The notes under the pieces were generated by a model. The model searched no databases and was not told the origin of the DNA. It saw only the letters and a program-made list of their open reading frames with translations. Source: Heterodontus francisci (lineage: Eukaryota). From it: DNA of 64,000 nt. How positions within the stretch are numbered: position 1 is the stretch's first letter; every line of letters begins with the position of its first letter. Positions 39,190 through 52,400 of the stretch are shown here, one piece after another. Both the position numbers and the translations under genes were made by a program. The stretch lies in the NCBI RefSeq assembly GCF_036365525.1, contig NC_090389.1, forward strand, positions 38,066,973 to 38,130,972, in the 5' to 3' direction.

Positions 39190-39808
39190 ATAGAGTTATA
39201 GAGTTATACAGCACAGAAACAGGCCCTTCGGCCCACTGTGTCCACACTGGCTGTCAAGCCTATCTATTCTAATTCCAATTTCCAGCACTTGGCCCGTAGC
39301 TTTGTATGTTATGGTGTTTCAAGTGCCCATCTAAATACTTCTTAAATGTTGTGAGGGTTCCTGCCTCTACCACCCCTTCAGGTAGTGCGTTCCAGATTGC
39401 AACCACCCTCTGGGTAAAAATATTTCCTCAAATCCCCTCTAAACCTCATGCCCCTTACCTTAAATCTGGTTATTGACACTGCTGCTAAGGAAAACATTTT
39501 CTTTCTATCAAACCTATCTATGTCCCTCATAATTTTGTATACCTCAATCAGGTCCCCACTCAGCCTTCTCTGGCTCTAAGGAAAACAACCCTAGTCTAGC
39601 CAGTCTCTCTTCATGACTGAAATGCTCCAGTCCAGGCAACATCCTGGTGAATCTTCTCTACACCCTCTCCAGTGCAATCCCATCCTTCCTATCGTGTGGC
39701 GATCAGAATTGTACACAGTACTCCAGCTGTGGCCTAACTAGCATTTTATACAGCTCCACCATAACCTCCCTGCTTTTATATTCTATACCTCGGCTAATAA
39801 AGGCAGTT
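39190..39808 (-). mobile_element. Younger CR1 3' fragment nested in the EN domain of the older CR1
   Basis: Closely similar to 1504-2125; tail CATAGAGTTATAGAGTTATA. Confidence 0.88.
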
Positions 39809-39965
39809 GTCCTGCAGCCATGTCTCTGTAATGGCTATCAGATCGTACTTATTTATTTCTATTTGCGCTCTCAGTTCATCTGTTTTGTTTCGAATGCTAT
39901 GTGCATTCAGATACAGAGCCTTTAGTTTTGTCCTTTTATTATTTTTGTAACCTCTAGCCTTATCT

Positions 39966-40445
39966 ACCTTACTGATCCAGCGGTGCTTGAGATGGCTTGG
40001 CCATGTGAGCCGTGTGGAAGATGGCAGGATCCCCAAGGACACATTGTACAGCAAGCTCGTCACTGGTATCAGACCCACCGGCCGTCCATATCTCCACTTT
40101 AAAGATGTCTGCAAACGCGACATAAAGTCCTGTGACATTGATCACAAGTCGTGGGAGTCAGTTGTCAGTGATCGCCAGAGCTGGTGGACAGCCATAAAGG
40201 CGGGGCTAAAGAGTGGCAAGTCGAAGAGACTTAGCAGTTAGCAGGAAAAAAGACAGAAGCACAAGGTGAGAGCCAACTGTGTAACAGCCCCGACAACCAA
40301 TTTTATCTGCAGCACCTGTGGAAGAGTCTGTCACTCTAGAATTGGCCTTTATAGCCACTCCAGGCGCTGCTTCACAAACCACTGACCACCTCCAGGCGCT
40401 TACCCATTGTCTCTCGATACAAAGAGGCCAAAGAAGAAGAAGAAG
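39966..40445 (+). mobile_element. RTE-clade LINE 3' fragment
   Basis: RWLGHVSRVEDGRIPKDTLYSKL...RPTGRP...FKDVCKRD; C-terminal CSTCGRVCHSRIGLYSH; (GAA)n tail; 10-bp TSD AGCCTTATCT (39956-39965, 40446-40455). Confidence 0.92.
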
Positions 40446-40696
40446 AGCCTTATCTGTTAATTTACTCTTAGATTTGTGGGCTTTGTCCCTTTCTGTCACA
40501 GTCTGTTTATCATTTCCCATATTAATACTTTTCTCTCTTGCCTTGTCTCTACTCCTTGATTTACCATAGCTTCCCAGATTTGATCCCTTGCCCCCACTAT
40601 TCAGTTTAAAACCCTCTCCACTTCCCTAATTATGTGGCTTGCTAGAACACCGGCCCCAGCATGGTTCAGGTGCAGACCATCCTAACGGTACTGCCA

Positions 40697-41557
40697 CTAC
40701 TTTCCCCAGTACTGGTGCCAGTGCCCCACAAACAGGAACCCACCTCTACCACACCAGTCTTTAAGCCATGCATTAATTTCTCTAATCTGATTTGCCCTAT
40801 GCCAATTTGTATGTGGCTCAGGTAATAATCCAGAGATTATTACCTTTGAGGATCTGCTTCTTAATTTGGTGCCTAGTTCCTCATACTGACTGTGCAGAAC
40901 CTCTTTCCTTGTCCTGCCTATATCGTTGGTACCTACATGGACCACGACAACTGGAATCTCCCCCTCCCACTGTAAGTTTCTCTCCAGCCCTGAGCAGATG
41001 TCCCGAACCCTGGCACCGGGCAGGCAACACAGCCATCTGGACTCTCGCTCTTTGCTGCAGAGAGCAGTGTCTATCCCCTTATCTATACTGTCCGTTACTA
41101 CCAATACATTCCTTTTTTCTCCCTCCACTTGAATGGCTTCTTGTACCATGGTGCCATGGTCAGTTTGTTCATGCACCCCCCAGCCCCCACTCTGATCCAA
41201 ACAAGCTGAAAGAACCTCAAACCTGTTGGACAATCGCAAAGGCTGAGGCTCCTGCACTCCTGCCCTCTGGGTGCCCTTACCTGCCTCAGCTGCAGCCATA
41301 CTCTCCTGTCCCTGACCATGGACCAAATCAGGAGACCCTATCCTAAGGGGTGTGAGTGCCTCCTGGTACAAAATGTCCAGGTAACTTTCCCCCTCGCTGA
41401 TGTGTCGCAGTGTCTGCAGTTCGGCCTCTAGTTCTATGACGCTGAGCCAAAGCTCTTCGAGCCACAAACACTTACTGTAGACGTGTTTGCTCTGGATCAC
41501 ACTGGCATCCAGGAGCTCCCATATGCTATAGCCATGACACATCACCGGTCCTGCCAT
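40697..41557 (-). CDS. CR1 ORF1 protein (zinc-finger/leucine-zipper + SGNH esterase-like domain), truncated/decayed
   Basis: 286-aa ORF: SKCLWLEEL...IELEAELQTL zipper, LSNRFEVL, VVTDSI (GDS block), CCLPGARV, VVVHVGTNDIG, VIISGLLP. Confidence 0.85.
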   Translation of the reverse strand: MAGPVMCHGYSIWELLDASVIQSKHVYSKCLWLEELWLSVIELEAELQTLRHISEGESYLDILYQEALTPLRIGSPDLVHGQGQESMAAAEAGKGTQRAGVQEPQPLRLSNRFEVLSACLDQSGGWGVHEQTDHGTMVQEAIQVEGEKRNVLVVTDSIDKGIDTALCSKERESRWLCCLPGARVRDICSGLERNLQWEGEIPVVVVHVGTNDIGRTRKEVLHSQYEELGTKLRSRSSKVIISGLLPEPHTNWHRANQIREINAWLKDWCGRGGFLFVGHWHQYWGK

Positions 41558-41886
41558 CCTTAATATGTTTTAATTAACTACTTAATTATTTTATTCAATT
41601 ATTTATTTTATTTTCCTTTCTTATATATTTTATTAAACTTACCACTAGTTCCTTTACTATTTTAAACGTTAGGATTAGAATGGACCTTAATCACATACCA
41701 GATATTCACCAAACAGGTAGCTTCTTCCCAAACCAATCACCTACCAGCTTGCCTGTGATGTTTGATGCTATGTTTGATTTAAATTAAATTAAATTAAAAG
41801 CTTAGCTGTATACTCACCCCGGCGGCCCTCTGTTTCCCTGCTCTCACTGTTGATTGTGACGTCACTCCGATGTCACTTTTCGATTT

Positions 41887-44800
41887 TTCCCTGCTCCACT
41901 CCTGCTGCTCCTGCTGTGCTCCTCTCTCTCTCTCCACTCCTGCCGTGCTCCTCTCTCTCTCTTTCCGCTCCCGCCATGTTCCTCTCTCTCTCTCCACTCC
42001 TGCCGTGCTCCTCTCTCTCTCTTTCCGCTCCCGCCATGCTCCTCTCTCTCTCCGCTCCCGCCATGCTCCTCTCTCTCTCCGCTCCCGCCGTGCTCCTCTC
42101 TCTCTCCACTCCTGCCGTGCTCCTCTCTCTCTCTCCACTCCCGCCATGTTCCTCTCTCTCTCTCCGCTCACGCCGTGCTCCTCTCTCCCTCTTTCCGCTC
42201 CCGCCATGCTCCTCTCTCTCTCTCCGCTCCCGCCATGCTCCTCTCTCTCTCTCCGCTCCTGCCGTGCTCTTCTCTCTCTCTCCGCTCCTGCCGTGCTCCT
42301 CTCTCTCTCTCCGCTCCTGCCATACTCCTCTCTCTCTCCGCTCCTACCGTGCTCCTCTCTCTCTCTCCACTCCCGCCATGTTCCTCTCTCTCTCTCCGCT
42401 CCTGCCGTGCTCCCCTCTCTCTCTCCGCTCCTGCCGTGCTCCCCTCTCTCTCTCTCCGCTCCTGCCGTGCTCCCCTCTCTCTCTCCGCTCCTGCCGTGCT
42501 CCCCTCTCTCTCTCTCCGCTCCTACCGTGCTCCTCTCTCTCTCTCCACTCCCGCCATGTTCCTCTCTCTCTCTCCGCTCCCGCCGTGTTCCCCTCTCTCT
42601 CTCCGCTCCCGCCCTGCTCCTCTCTCTCTCTCTCTGCTCCCGCCCTGCTCCTCTCTCTCTCTCTGCTCCCGCCCTGTTCCTCTCTCTCTCTCTGCTCCCG
42701 CCCTGCTCCTCTCTCTCTCTCTGCTCACGCCGTGTTCCTCTCTCTCTCCGCTCCCGCCATGTTCCTCTCTCTCTCTGCTCCCGCCCTGCTCCTCTCTCTC
42801 TCTCCGCTCCCGCCGTGTTCCTCTCTCTCTCTCCGCTCCCGCCATGTTCCTCTCTCTCTCTCCGCTCCCGCCATGTTCCTCTCTCTCTCTCCGCCCCTGC
42901 CGTGCTCCTCTCTCTCTCTCTCCACTCCCGCCATGCTCCTCTCTCTCTCTCCGCTCCCGCCATGCTCCTCTCTCTCTCTCCGCTCCTGCCGTGCTCCTCT
43001 CTCTCTCTCCACTCCCTCCATACTCCTCTCTCTCTCTCCGCTCCCGCCATGTTCCTCTCTCTCTCTCCGCTCCCGCCGTGTTCCTCTCTCTCTCTCCGCT
43101 CCTGCCGTGCTCCTCTCTCTCTCTCCACTCCCGCCATGCTCCTCTCTCTCTCTCCACTCCCGCCATGCTCCTCTCTCTCTCTCCACTCCCGCCATGCTCC
43201 TCTCTCTCTCTCCACTCCCGCCATACTCCTCTCTCTCTCTCCGCTCCCGCCATGTTCCTCTCTCTCTCTCCGCTCCCGCCATGTTCCTCTCTCTCTCTCC
43301 GCTCCTGCTGTGCTCCTCTCTCTCTCTCCGCTCCCGCCGTGCTCCTCTCTCTCTCTCCGCTCCCGCCGTGCTCCTCTCTCTCCGCTCCCGCCGTGCTCCT
43401 CTCTCTCCGCTCCCGCCGTGCTCCTCTCTCTCCGCTCCCGCCGTGCTCCTCTCTCTCTCTCTGCTCCCGCCATGCTCCTCTCTCTCTCTCCGCTCCCGCC
43501 ATGCTCCTCTCTCTCTCTCCGCTCCCGCCATTCTTCTCTCTCTCTCTCCGCTCCTTCCGTGCTCCCCTCTCTCTCTCCACTCCCGCCATGCTGCTCTCTC
43601 CACTCCCGCCATGCTCCTCTCTCTCTCTCCGCTCCCGCCATGTTCCTCTCTCTCTCTCCGCTCCCGCCATGTTCCCCTCTCTCTCTCCGCTCCCACCGTG
43701 TTCCCCTCTCTCTCTCCGCTCCCACCGTGTTCCCCTCTCTCTCTCCGCTCCCGCCCTGCTCCTCTCTCTCTCTGCTCCCGCCCTGCTCCTCTCTCTCTCT
43801 GCTCCCGCCCTGCTCCTCTCTCTCTCTCTCTGCTCCCGCCCTGCTCCTCTCTCTCTCTCTGCTCCCGCCCTGTTCCTCTCTCTCTCTCTGCTGCCGCCCT
43901 GCTCCTCTCTCTCTCTCTGCTCCCGCCCTGCTCCTCTCTCTCTCTCTGCTCACGCCGTGTTCCTCTCTCTCTCTCTCCGCTCCCGCCATGTTCCTCTCTC
44001 TCTCTCCGCTCCCGCCATGTTCCTCTCTCTCTCTCTGCTCCCGCCCTGCTCCTCTCTCTCTCTCCGCTCCCGCCATGTTCCTCTCTCTCTCTCCGCTCCC
44101 GCCATGTCCCTCTCTCTCTCTCCGCTCCCGCCATGTCCCTCTCTCTCTCTCCGCTCCCGCCATGTTCCTCTCTCTCTCTCCGCTCCCGCCATGCTTCTCT
44201 CTCTCTCTCTGCTCCCGCCGTGCTCCTCTCTCTCTCTCCACTCCCGCCATGTTCCTCTCTCTCTCTCTGCTCCCGCCGTGCTCCACTCTCTCTTTCCGCT
44301 CCCGCCATGCTCCTCTCTCTCTGCTCCTGCCCTGCTCCTCTCTCTCTCTCCGCTCCTGCCGTGTTCCTCTCTCTCTCTCTGCTGCCGCCCTGCTCCTCTC
44401 TCTCTCTCCGCTCCTGCCGTGCTCCTCTCTCTCCGCTCCTGCCCTGCTCCTCTCTCTCTCTCCGCTGCCGCCATGTTCCTCTCTCTCTCTCTGCTCCCGC
44501 CCTGCTCCTCTCTCTCTCTCCGCTCCCGCCATGTTCCTCTCTCTCTCTCCGCTCCCGCCATGTTCCTCTCTCTCTCTCCGCTCCCGCCATGTTCCTCTCT
44601 CTCTCTCCGCTCCCGCCATGCTTCTCTCTCTCTCTCTGCTCCCGCCGTGCTCCTCTCTCTCTCTCCACTCCCGCCATGTTCCTCTCTCTCTCTCTGCTCC
44701 CGCCGTGCTCCACTCTCTCTTTCCGCTCCCGCCATGCTCCTCTCTCTCTTTCCGCTCCCGCCATGCTCCTCTCTCTCTGCTCCTGCCCTGCTCCTCTCTC

Positions 44801-45500
44801 TCTCTCCGCTCCTGCCGTGCTCCTCTCTCTCCGCTCCCGCCGTGCTCCTCTCTCTCCGCTCCCGCCGTGCTCCTCTCTCTCCGCTCCCGCCGTGCTCCTC
44901 TCTCTCCGCTCCCGCCGTGCTCCTCTCTCTCCGCTCCCGCCGTGCTCCTCTCTCTCTCTCCGCTCCCGCCGTGCTCCTCTCTCTCTCTCCGCTCCCGCCG
45001 TGCTCCTCTCTCTCTCTCCGCTCCCGCCATGCTTCTCTCTCTCTCTCCGCTCCTTCCGTGCTCCCCTCTCTCTCTCCACTCCCGCCATGCTCCTCTCTCC
45101 GCTCCCGCCATGTTCCTCTCTCTCTCTCCGCTCCCGCCGTGTTCCCCTCTCTCTCTCCGCTCCCGCCGTGTTCCCCTCTCTCTCTCTGCTCCCGCCCTGC
45201 TCCTCTCTCTCTCTGCTCCCGCCCTGCTCCTCTCTCTCTCTCTGCTCCCGCCCTGCTCCTCTCTCTCTCTCTCTGCTCCCGCCCTGCTCCTCTCTCTCTC
45301 TCTGCTCCCGCCCTGTTCCTCTCTCTCTCTCTGCTCCCGCCCTGCTCCTCTCTCTCTCTCTGCTCCCGCCCTGCTCCTCTCTCTCTCTCCGCTCCTCCTG
45401 TGCTCCTCAATTTCTCGCTCTGTCTCTGTCTCCAGTCTCTGACTCTGTGCTTTTGCCGCACTTTTTTATCCTCCACTCCTGCCGTGCTCCTCTCTCTCTC
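41887..45500. repeat. Minisatellite, ~25-33 bp unit CCGCTCCCGCCATGCTC(CT)n, >100 copies
   Basis: Directly visible tandem array; explains the >1000-aa low-complexity ORFs on both strands. Confidence 0.98.
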
Positions 45501-48359
45501 TCGCTCTGTCTCCGGTCTCTGACTGTAGGCTTTTGATGCGCTTTTTAAATACAGAGCAGATACAGAGTAACTTACAAAGGGCTAGCTCAAGTTCTACATG
45601 ATTTATAGATGTGTAAACAGTCTAGACTAGACTCAGTTTCTCCCATTGTCCTGTTAAAAAGTACATAATCAAATGAAGTGGGTTCCTTTTGCATGTTGTA
45701 CACTGAAACACAGCACGATTTCCTTTAACCCTTAAAATGCCAGTCATGAAATTGGTTGAGCCTTTTGGCAGTGGACTACAAAGATTTCGAAGTGGGGGTC
45801 CCTGGGAAACCTATGGATGGAGTGTGGGTTTCAGGTCCCGCTGAGGGACTTTGACTGAATGCTAAACAAATCACCAAGCAGTGCTTTAATAAGTGACTAT
45901 CAGTGAGATATTAAACTGAAATTCTGATGGAGGATATGCACCCATTGCTTTTGTGGCAAATGGAGCTAACTCCAGGTGTTCTAACAACTATTTTCTCTGT
46001 CCTTCCCAAAATAAAACTGAAATAAATCATCTGTTAGTCTCATTTGACACATTTTGGTATTGGTAGTACACATTGTGTATCTTTTCTTAATTAAATCCTC
46101 ATTTCAGACCTGTTATTAAGAGCTGGTGGAACTCTCTCCAAGTGTTCAATCCATTCTCATAAATTCTAATATTCTGGGCTTATTACTATTACAGATGTTC
46201 TCTTTCTGCAGGTCAATGGTTTAGTCCACTGTTACCAAGGATACAGGTCATTATCTATGAAACCAGCACTGGCACCAGGGCCATCTCAAGCTGCTTTTGT
46301 GTGGAAATGATTTCACAACATCAAAACATTAAAATGGGGATTTATGAGGCCCTTGTGCTCACTCCACCTTACTGGCATATGAAATTTCCAAAGCTTCTAC
46401 ACTGACAGTTTCCTTATGGAGCTCAACATGCAGCATCTTAAGCAAACCTTTTATTGAGACGTTGATAGAGATTCTGAAAGACATGGATATGTTTCAGGAA
46501 ATACCTTTTTGAACATGTTTTTTCTCCTCTCCAGGGCAGTGTACTTACCAAGTATAACATTGGGGGATTTGGAGGTTGGGGAGGCTGATGGATGGGATGA
46601 TTGGTGATGGTGGATAGAGTTGGGGGAAGCAGAAAATAATTGTTTCTCTAAAAATGTTTTAAATTGAAATTTTTGATTTTATTGCAGAACAGAATCTGTA
46701 AGCACAACTTTTAAGAACTAAGACTATACATGGACTGAAACTCCAGGCTTTGTGTACTTGTGCTGAACTGAATCACGCTCACTATGTAGGCACATACGTC
46801 ACCAGAGTTGATAATACTGTTGATAATATATGATCCAGTTGCTTCCATCTGGGGAATTATTTTAAAGCTTTGCTTACATTGTTATTAAATAAGTGTTCAA
46901 AATCAAATCCTTCTGTATTTCCTGCAAAGACCTTTTTATCATGTTTCTTAATGAATGTACTCGTCAATGAAATAATGGCCAAGTAACCTCAGATATAAAG
47001 AAGAAAGCCAGTGCTAAAAGCAATGGGCTTCTACTTCTGTCATTACCAGAGGAACATCCTTGGTTGTGATTAGTAATAAAGGGAATTGCAAGATGTGCTC
47101 ATTAATATCTCTAGATGAAAGTCTGTGTCCTCTGAACCATTTATACTTTCAGCCTCACAGGGATTATACAAAGGTCACGGCAGATTGACCCAAGATGAAT
47201 GTAACTCTCCCCAGGGTTTGCACTGAGGACTTTGTGCCCCAGGAGATATTAACTTAGTGGGCCCAGCCCATGCTGACATTGCTCTTTGGTTGATTCTGTG
47301 GTAGATTCACATCAGGGCTGATGTGAATTTTCCACTTTGTGGCTTTAATCTGCACCAAGGTCAGAAGCTTTTACTCCAATGTGCGATCAGAGTAAACTGC
47401 ATGACATTTATTTTTGAGCCTTCGAAGTGAAACAACAATAAATTTACCATTGTATAAATTTTTACAGCACAGGCACCTGTGGCCCAAGACATGCACTATG
47501 ATAGAGGAAATGACAGGTAGCTACCCTTTGCTATATGTACACGTCTCAACAATGCAGTGGATTAGCATAATTCAAAGGTGATGCTGGTGGAATTTACTGA
47601 AACTTCAAGGTTTATGGCATCACAAAGAGATTTTATCAGCAGCAGTAACAAGACTGTAAGTAAACTGTTTTCAGAAATCTTTGTGTCTGGAATTTTATTA
47701 CTGGTATTAATTGACAAATACAGTCATTGTTAATGATGTAGTAATGAAATGTGTAAGACCACTCACAAGTTATATTTCTTATATTATTGATATCAAAGGA
47801 CGTCACAGCTGAAAGTTTTGAGTTGGAATAACAGTCCTAATATTCAGTGTCTGGTCTTCAGGATGTTTTTGCCAGTTTTAGCTGAGCTACAGCTGGATAA
47901 TTGATACTTCTTAGCAGGCTGTGCTGTAAAGAGAGTTTAGCCATCTTCCATTCGGACTGTGTATTTGAATTTCCCTGCAGAAAGGGATCGATTTTAAATG
48001 GCTGACTGCCAGAGTGTGCTGGCCATGCAACCGGCCATTCTGAGGGCAAAGAGGTCGCTGCGATTTTGAGCCCTAAAAGGCGAATAGGATGCCAAACGGG
48101 TGTCCTGATGCAGCTTGGTGCTCTTTGGCCTTAGGAATGTTGTCTGGCTGGGATAGAGGGGTGGGGAAGGGGGTGATTGGGGAAGGATGCATACTGAGGC
48201 GAAGTGAGGCCAGCCTGGGCAATAACCTGCTGGAGTGGATTGGCTGCCCATTGTCGAACCACTCAATTTTCATTCCATTGACAACATTGGGATGGAAACC
48301 AGACGGATTCTAAAACCTGTGATCCTCTCCTCAGGTTATCTCCCAGGCTTCAAAGTTGA

Positions 48360-48703
48360 AAATGACACTCAATGAAGAAAGGAGACAGTGAAGTTGGAGA
48401 TTCTAAAACTAGGGGGCATAGTCTAAAAATTAGGACCAGACCGTTCAGGAGAGATGTTAGGAAGCACTCCTTCACGCAAAGGGTGGTAGAGGTTTGGAAC
48501 TCTCTCCCATAAACAGCAGTTGAAGCTAGAACAGTTGTTAATTTTAAATCTGAGATAGATAGATTTTTGTTAAGCAAAGATATTAAGGGATATGGGCCAA
48601 AGGCAGGTATATGGAGTTAGGCCGCGGATCAGCCATGATCTCATTGTATGGCGGGACAGGCTCGAGGGGCTGAATGGCCTACTCCTGTTCCGGTCTTCCT
48701 ATG
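48360..48703 (+). mobile_element. CR1 3' end
   Basis: TRGHSLKIRTRPFRRDVRKHSFTQRVVEVWNSLP and GGGCTGAATGGCCTACTCCTG tail. Confidence 0.88.
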
Positions 48704-49229
48704 TTGCTAAGAAAAGAGGCTGGAAAAGGAGAAAGAAGAAGCTACACAGCCTATGTTTTGAACTACATATAATAAATTAAAACCTGCTCCAAAAGTGCAT
48801 CGGAGTCTGTAGAATTTAGTATTTATTGCACTTGGATCTCATGCAGTTACTTATTTAGGTAGTAGTTTCTTTTTAAAACCACTTAGCCTGTTCTGACATA
48901 GAAACTGAAGAAAAGATAAAGAACCCTGAAATGGCGTCCATTTTAAAATAATTATAGAAATCTGTCCTCAGTGTAATTATAGCATGATGTACATCTTAAA
49001 AGCTGGAATGCACACTCAGAAATGTAAAGTTGCTCGTGTAAAAAAAGAAAATACTGCCACTGCTATTTACATTTGTATGGAGCAATTGTGTAAGCTGGCT
49101 TTATGATATGTTGCACAGATATTGATTCTATTCATATTGAGTCTGCACTAAAGCATGTTTACTGTGGATCTTGCTTGGGTCTCTTGCAATTTCCCAGTTT
49201 TATAATAAATTTTGATGGTACCATTTACC

Positions 49230-49560
49230 AGTGTGTACTGAATACAAATGAAGTGCCAAGTACTCCACCTTGAGTACAGCATTTAATTTTGATCACCGAG
49301 GACACATGGAAACATTCAAGCCTTGAAAGCAATTCAGAGCAGAGCCCTAAGACTACTCCCTTGAGTCAAGGGCCTGAGTTAGGAGGAAAAGCTGGTAAAA
49401 CTTTGGATTTTCAGGCTTGAAAGATGGCGACTGAAAGGTGAGCTCATAGAGCTGTAAAATATCACAAATGTTGAAGGAGAGATTGATCTGAAAAGTGACT
49501 TCAAACTAAATCCTTGTATCAGGACGGGTTGAAACAAGCGAAAGGCAAATTTAGGAGTGA
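49230..49560 (+). mobile_element. Ancient CR1-like RT C-terminal fragment
   Basis: Decayed HLEYSI*F*SP...ALKAIQSRALRLLP...LS*EEKLVKLWIFRLERWRLKGELIELYKI. Confidence 0.6.
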
Positions 49561-50419
49561 TGTCTATCAAAACTTGGATAGCCAGGTGGAGCCTAGTCTT
49601 TACTCACAGGCTTTTATTTACTGAGACACATATTACATACCATGCACCTCCAACTAAGAAAAAAGCCCTCTTTTAGCTTGTTCCAATATATATATGAGAC
49701 CCCAATTAATACCTATCACCTGAATACAATTAACACCCCAATGATAGACAATTAACGACGTCAAGAAGTTAAGTGATCAGCATTTGAAATGGACTTTTCG
49801 GTGGGGGTAAAGAAGGCAAAAAACATTCAAGTGACAGAAGGAGCTTTGAATTGAAGGGACTGTGCAGGGTCTTTCAGGGTGCCTGGCCTTGCTCAGCTGC
49901 ATCAGTTTTGTGAGTGGACACATAATGTAATAGTGATCTTGAACTAACGGTTTGCAGGGAACATTGAATAACTTTAGCAAATGTTCTTTTAAGTACGCTT
50001 AGCAGCATTCTAAAGGTCGTTGTTAGGTTATTTTTATAAATGTGCACTGGTCCAGCAATCATATTAAAAGAATGCTATATCGAATATTTCTACTGTGTCC
50101 TTATCTGCCATTGAATTCATGCATACAAATGAGAATTTAATATAATGTAAGTAGGAAATATTACATCAAAAGATATTTTTCTCTATCTGAGACAGCAAGT
50201 ACTTTCATACAAACTTAATTTAATTGAGACACATTTCAGAGAAAAATTTTCCTGGGAGGTATTCCCTTATCAGATAGACAGAATATTTTATGGTTTGATG
50301 TGTTACTCACAATGTCACTCATAAAAACACCTGGTGCCTGCTGCTCATCCAGTGACTAATAATCAATTAATGACTGCCCTTTATGAGGGAGGGAAGAAAG
50401 TTGGGTACTCAAATCTGTT

Positions 50420-52400
50420 GCTGGAGATCGGGGCGAGTACTAAATTGGACAACCTCACAAAAACGGGCGCGGAGATCGCAATGAGCAATTAACCCGTCCC
50501 CATTGCTTCCGAAGCAGGTAGAACACCACTTCATGCTGCATGTTAATTTGCATGATGGCGTACAGTCAGTGTTAAACACACTGTTGAGTGGCTCCACACC
50601 TCAGTGAGCTCCAAAGTTTGTGCGAGGCCAGCACCACTTAAAGCTAAACTGCACTCCTTAAAACCAGCCTGCACCTCTTAAAGTGGAGGTGCATTCTGTC
50701 TGCAGCAGGTGCTGGTATTGTTTGTTGACAGGAGTCTGAGCAGGAAGTGTCAATTATGGCACAACAGGGGGGAGTGCGGGCTTCAAAGTTCTCTGACACT
50801 ACTCTGGATGTCTTGGTACAGGGCGTGGAGAGCAGGAGATCTGTTCACAAAGCGCCAGGAGGCACTTCAGACAAACTTTACGAAGGAGGTGGCATCAGAT
50901 AGCTATGGTAGTTAAGTCCTGAGGACCTGGATTCAGTGCCACAAAAAAAGTTCAATGACCTCACGCGAGTAGTCAAGACGAGTGAATGATCTTCAAATGC
51001 CATATCCCACCAACTGCACCACTAACCTCAGCAACTGCTCAATGCACCACAACCCCATCACTCACCTACCAACATTCATAGCTTCACATCACCCTCACAT
51101 ACATAGCACTGCTCAAGCTTCACTACCATATCTCACATCTTGCATACACTGCCAGCTATTCAACCATGACAGCCACATCACCCAAACACATTACACCACT
51201 CAACGACACACTACACTCTCTCTTGCGGGGCAAGGTAGCACATAACTGGAGGCAGTAGGAACTCTTCGATGGAGCACAAACGTGGCTGTGTGTTCTTACC
51301 CTGATGGGGTTACATTGCTTAACATGATTGGAGTGGTCATCGCTGAGGCCACGACCAGTGATGAGGCTGAAAACAAAGACGATGATGGTAGGCTCTTATC
51401 TAATACACCTTCTCACATCCCACTTCCCAATCATCCCACAATCTTCTCTGATTTACAAGCTGCAGATGGTGTAAGCATGGACCTTTTGCATTCCCCCCCC
51501 CCCTCCTCCACCCCATCCACCTGACTGCAACCCTAACCCTTGTGCCTTTCCTCTTTCAGATACCCAAGAATTGCAACCTGGTCAGGCAGTGGTGGAACAG
51601 TAAGAGGCAGAAGGGCAGGAAGACAGTGATGTAGAAGAAACACTTGCATCACAGCCACCAGCTCAGATACTGACACTGGCCGGAATTTTACGCTGCCCCA
51701 GCAGGTGTGCCAGGGACGTGAAAGGCCGCCCAGCTATAGCTGCTGGCCTTTTCGCACCCCGGGGTGGGAACCTGGTAATTGGGCACAGGGTGCCCGATTG
51801 AGGGCCGCCCCCGCCTCCCAACCCAACCCCGGGATCCAAGACGCCCCCCTCCCCCCAAACGACCACCCTAGCCTCACCAGGGCATGACTGATTTCCCTGG
51901 TGAGGCAACCCAAACTTACCTTCAGTCCCGGTTCCTTGGTATCCACCTTGGTCGGCTGGGTTGCAGTCCCAGCAGTGGCCACCGCACCCGGTGGTGCTGC
52001 TGAGACTAAGAGCTGCCGGCCCGCTGATTGGCCGGCAGCTCACTGAGGCGGGCCCTCCTCCCTCAAGTGGGTGGAAGTCCCGCCTCGGGCCAATTAAAGC
52101 CTGGGGATCCGTAAAATATGGGATGGATCCCCAGGCTGGGCGGAATTGGGTCCTCACTGACATTTACGCCAGAGTCCGGCTCCCATCCGCCCACTGTAAA
52201 ATTCCGGCCACTGTGTAATTTAGAGGATAGCATAGCGGCTGCTGCTGCACACCTGGAAATTCCCTTGACTTGGTGCCAGATTTAGACTGTTGTCAGGAAA
52301 GGGGAAGTCTGCACCAGAGAGAGCGCTTAATCTTTGAGGGCAGCTTGCTTCACGGTCAATGGCGAATGCCCTTGCTTTGCTGTTGGCCTTGAAATCTGGG
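50420..52400 (+). mobile_element. Harbinger-derived fragment carrying a Myb/SANT-like ORF remnant
   Basis: 50756-50980 reads SKFSDTTLDVLVQGVESRR...TWIQCHKKFNDLTRVVK across frameshifts; boundaries approximate. Confidence 0.65.
51678..52209. mobile_element. Harbinger-type MITE (532 bp)
   Basis: Perfect 14-bp TIR GGCCGGAATTTTAC and 3-bp TSD ACT. Confidence 0.92.

Larger units (their letters stand above)
36253..45545 (-). mobile_element. Near full-length CR1 LINE (5' UTR with expanded minisatellite, ORF1, ORF2, tail) with nested inserts
   Basis: ORF1 at 40697-41557; ORF2 EN from ~39930 (KALYLNAHSIRNK, IAITETWL) to RT (SGVPQGSVLGP, TFADD) and tail at 36253; 5' boundary approximate. Confidence 0.88.

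Noticed and set aside
41794-45536. Very long ORFs (up to 1228 aa) on both strands
   Set aside because: Produced by a stop-free minisatellite; open in several frames at once with low-complexity products.
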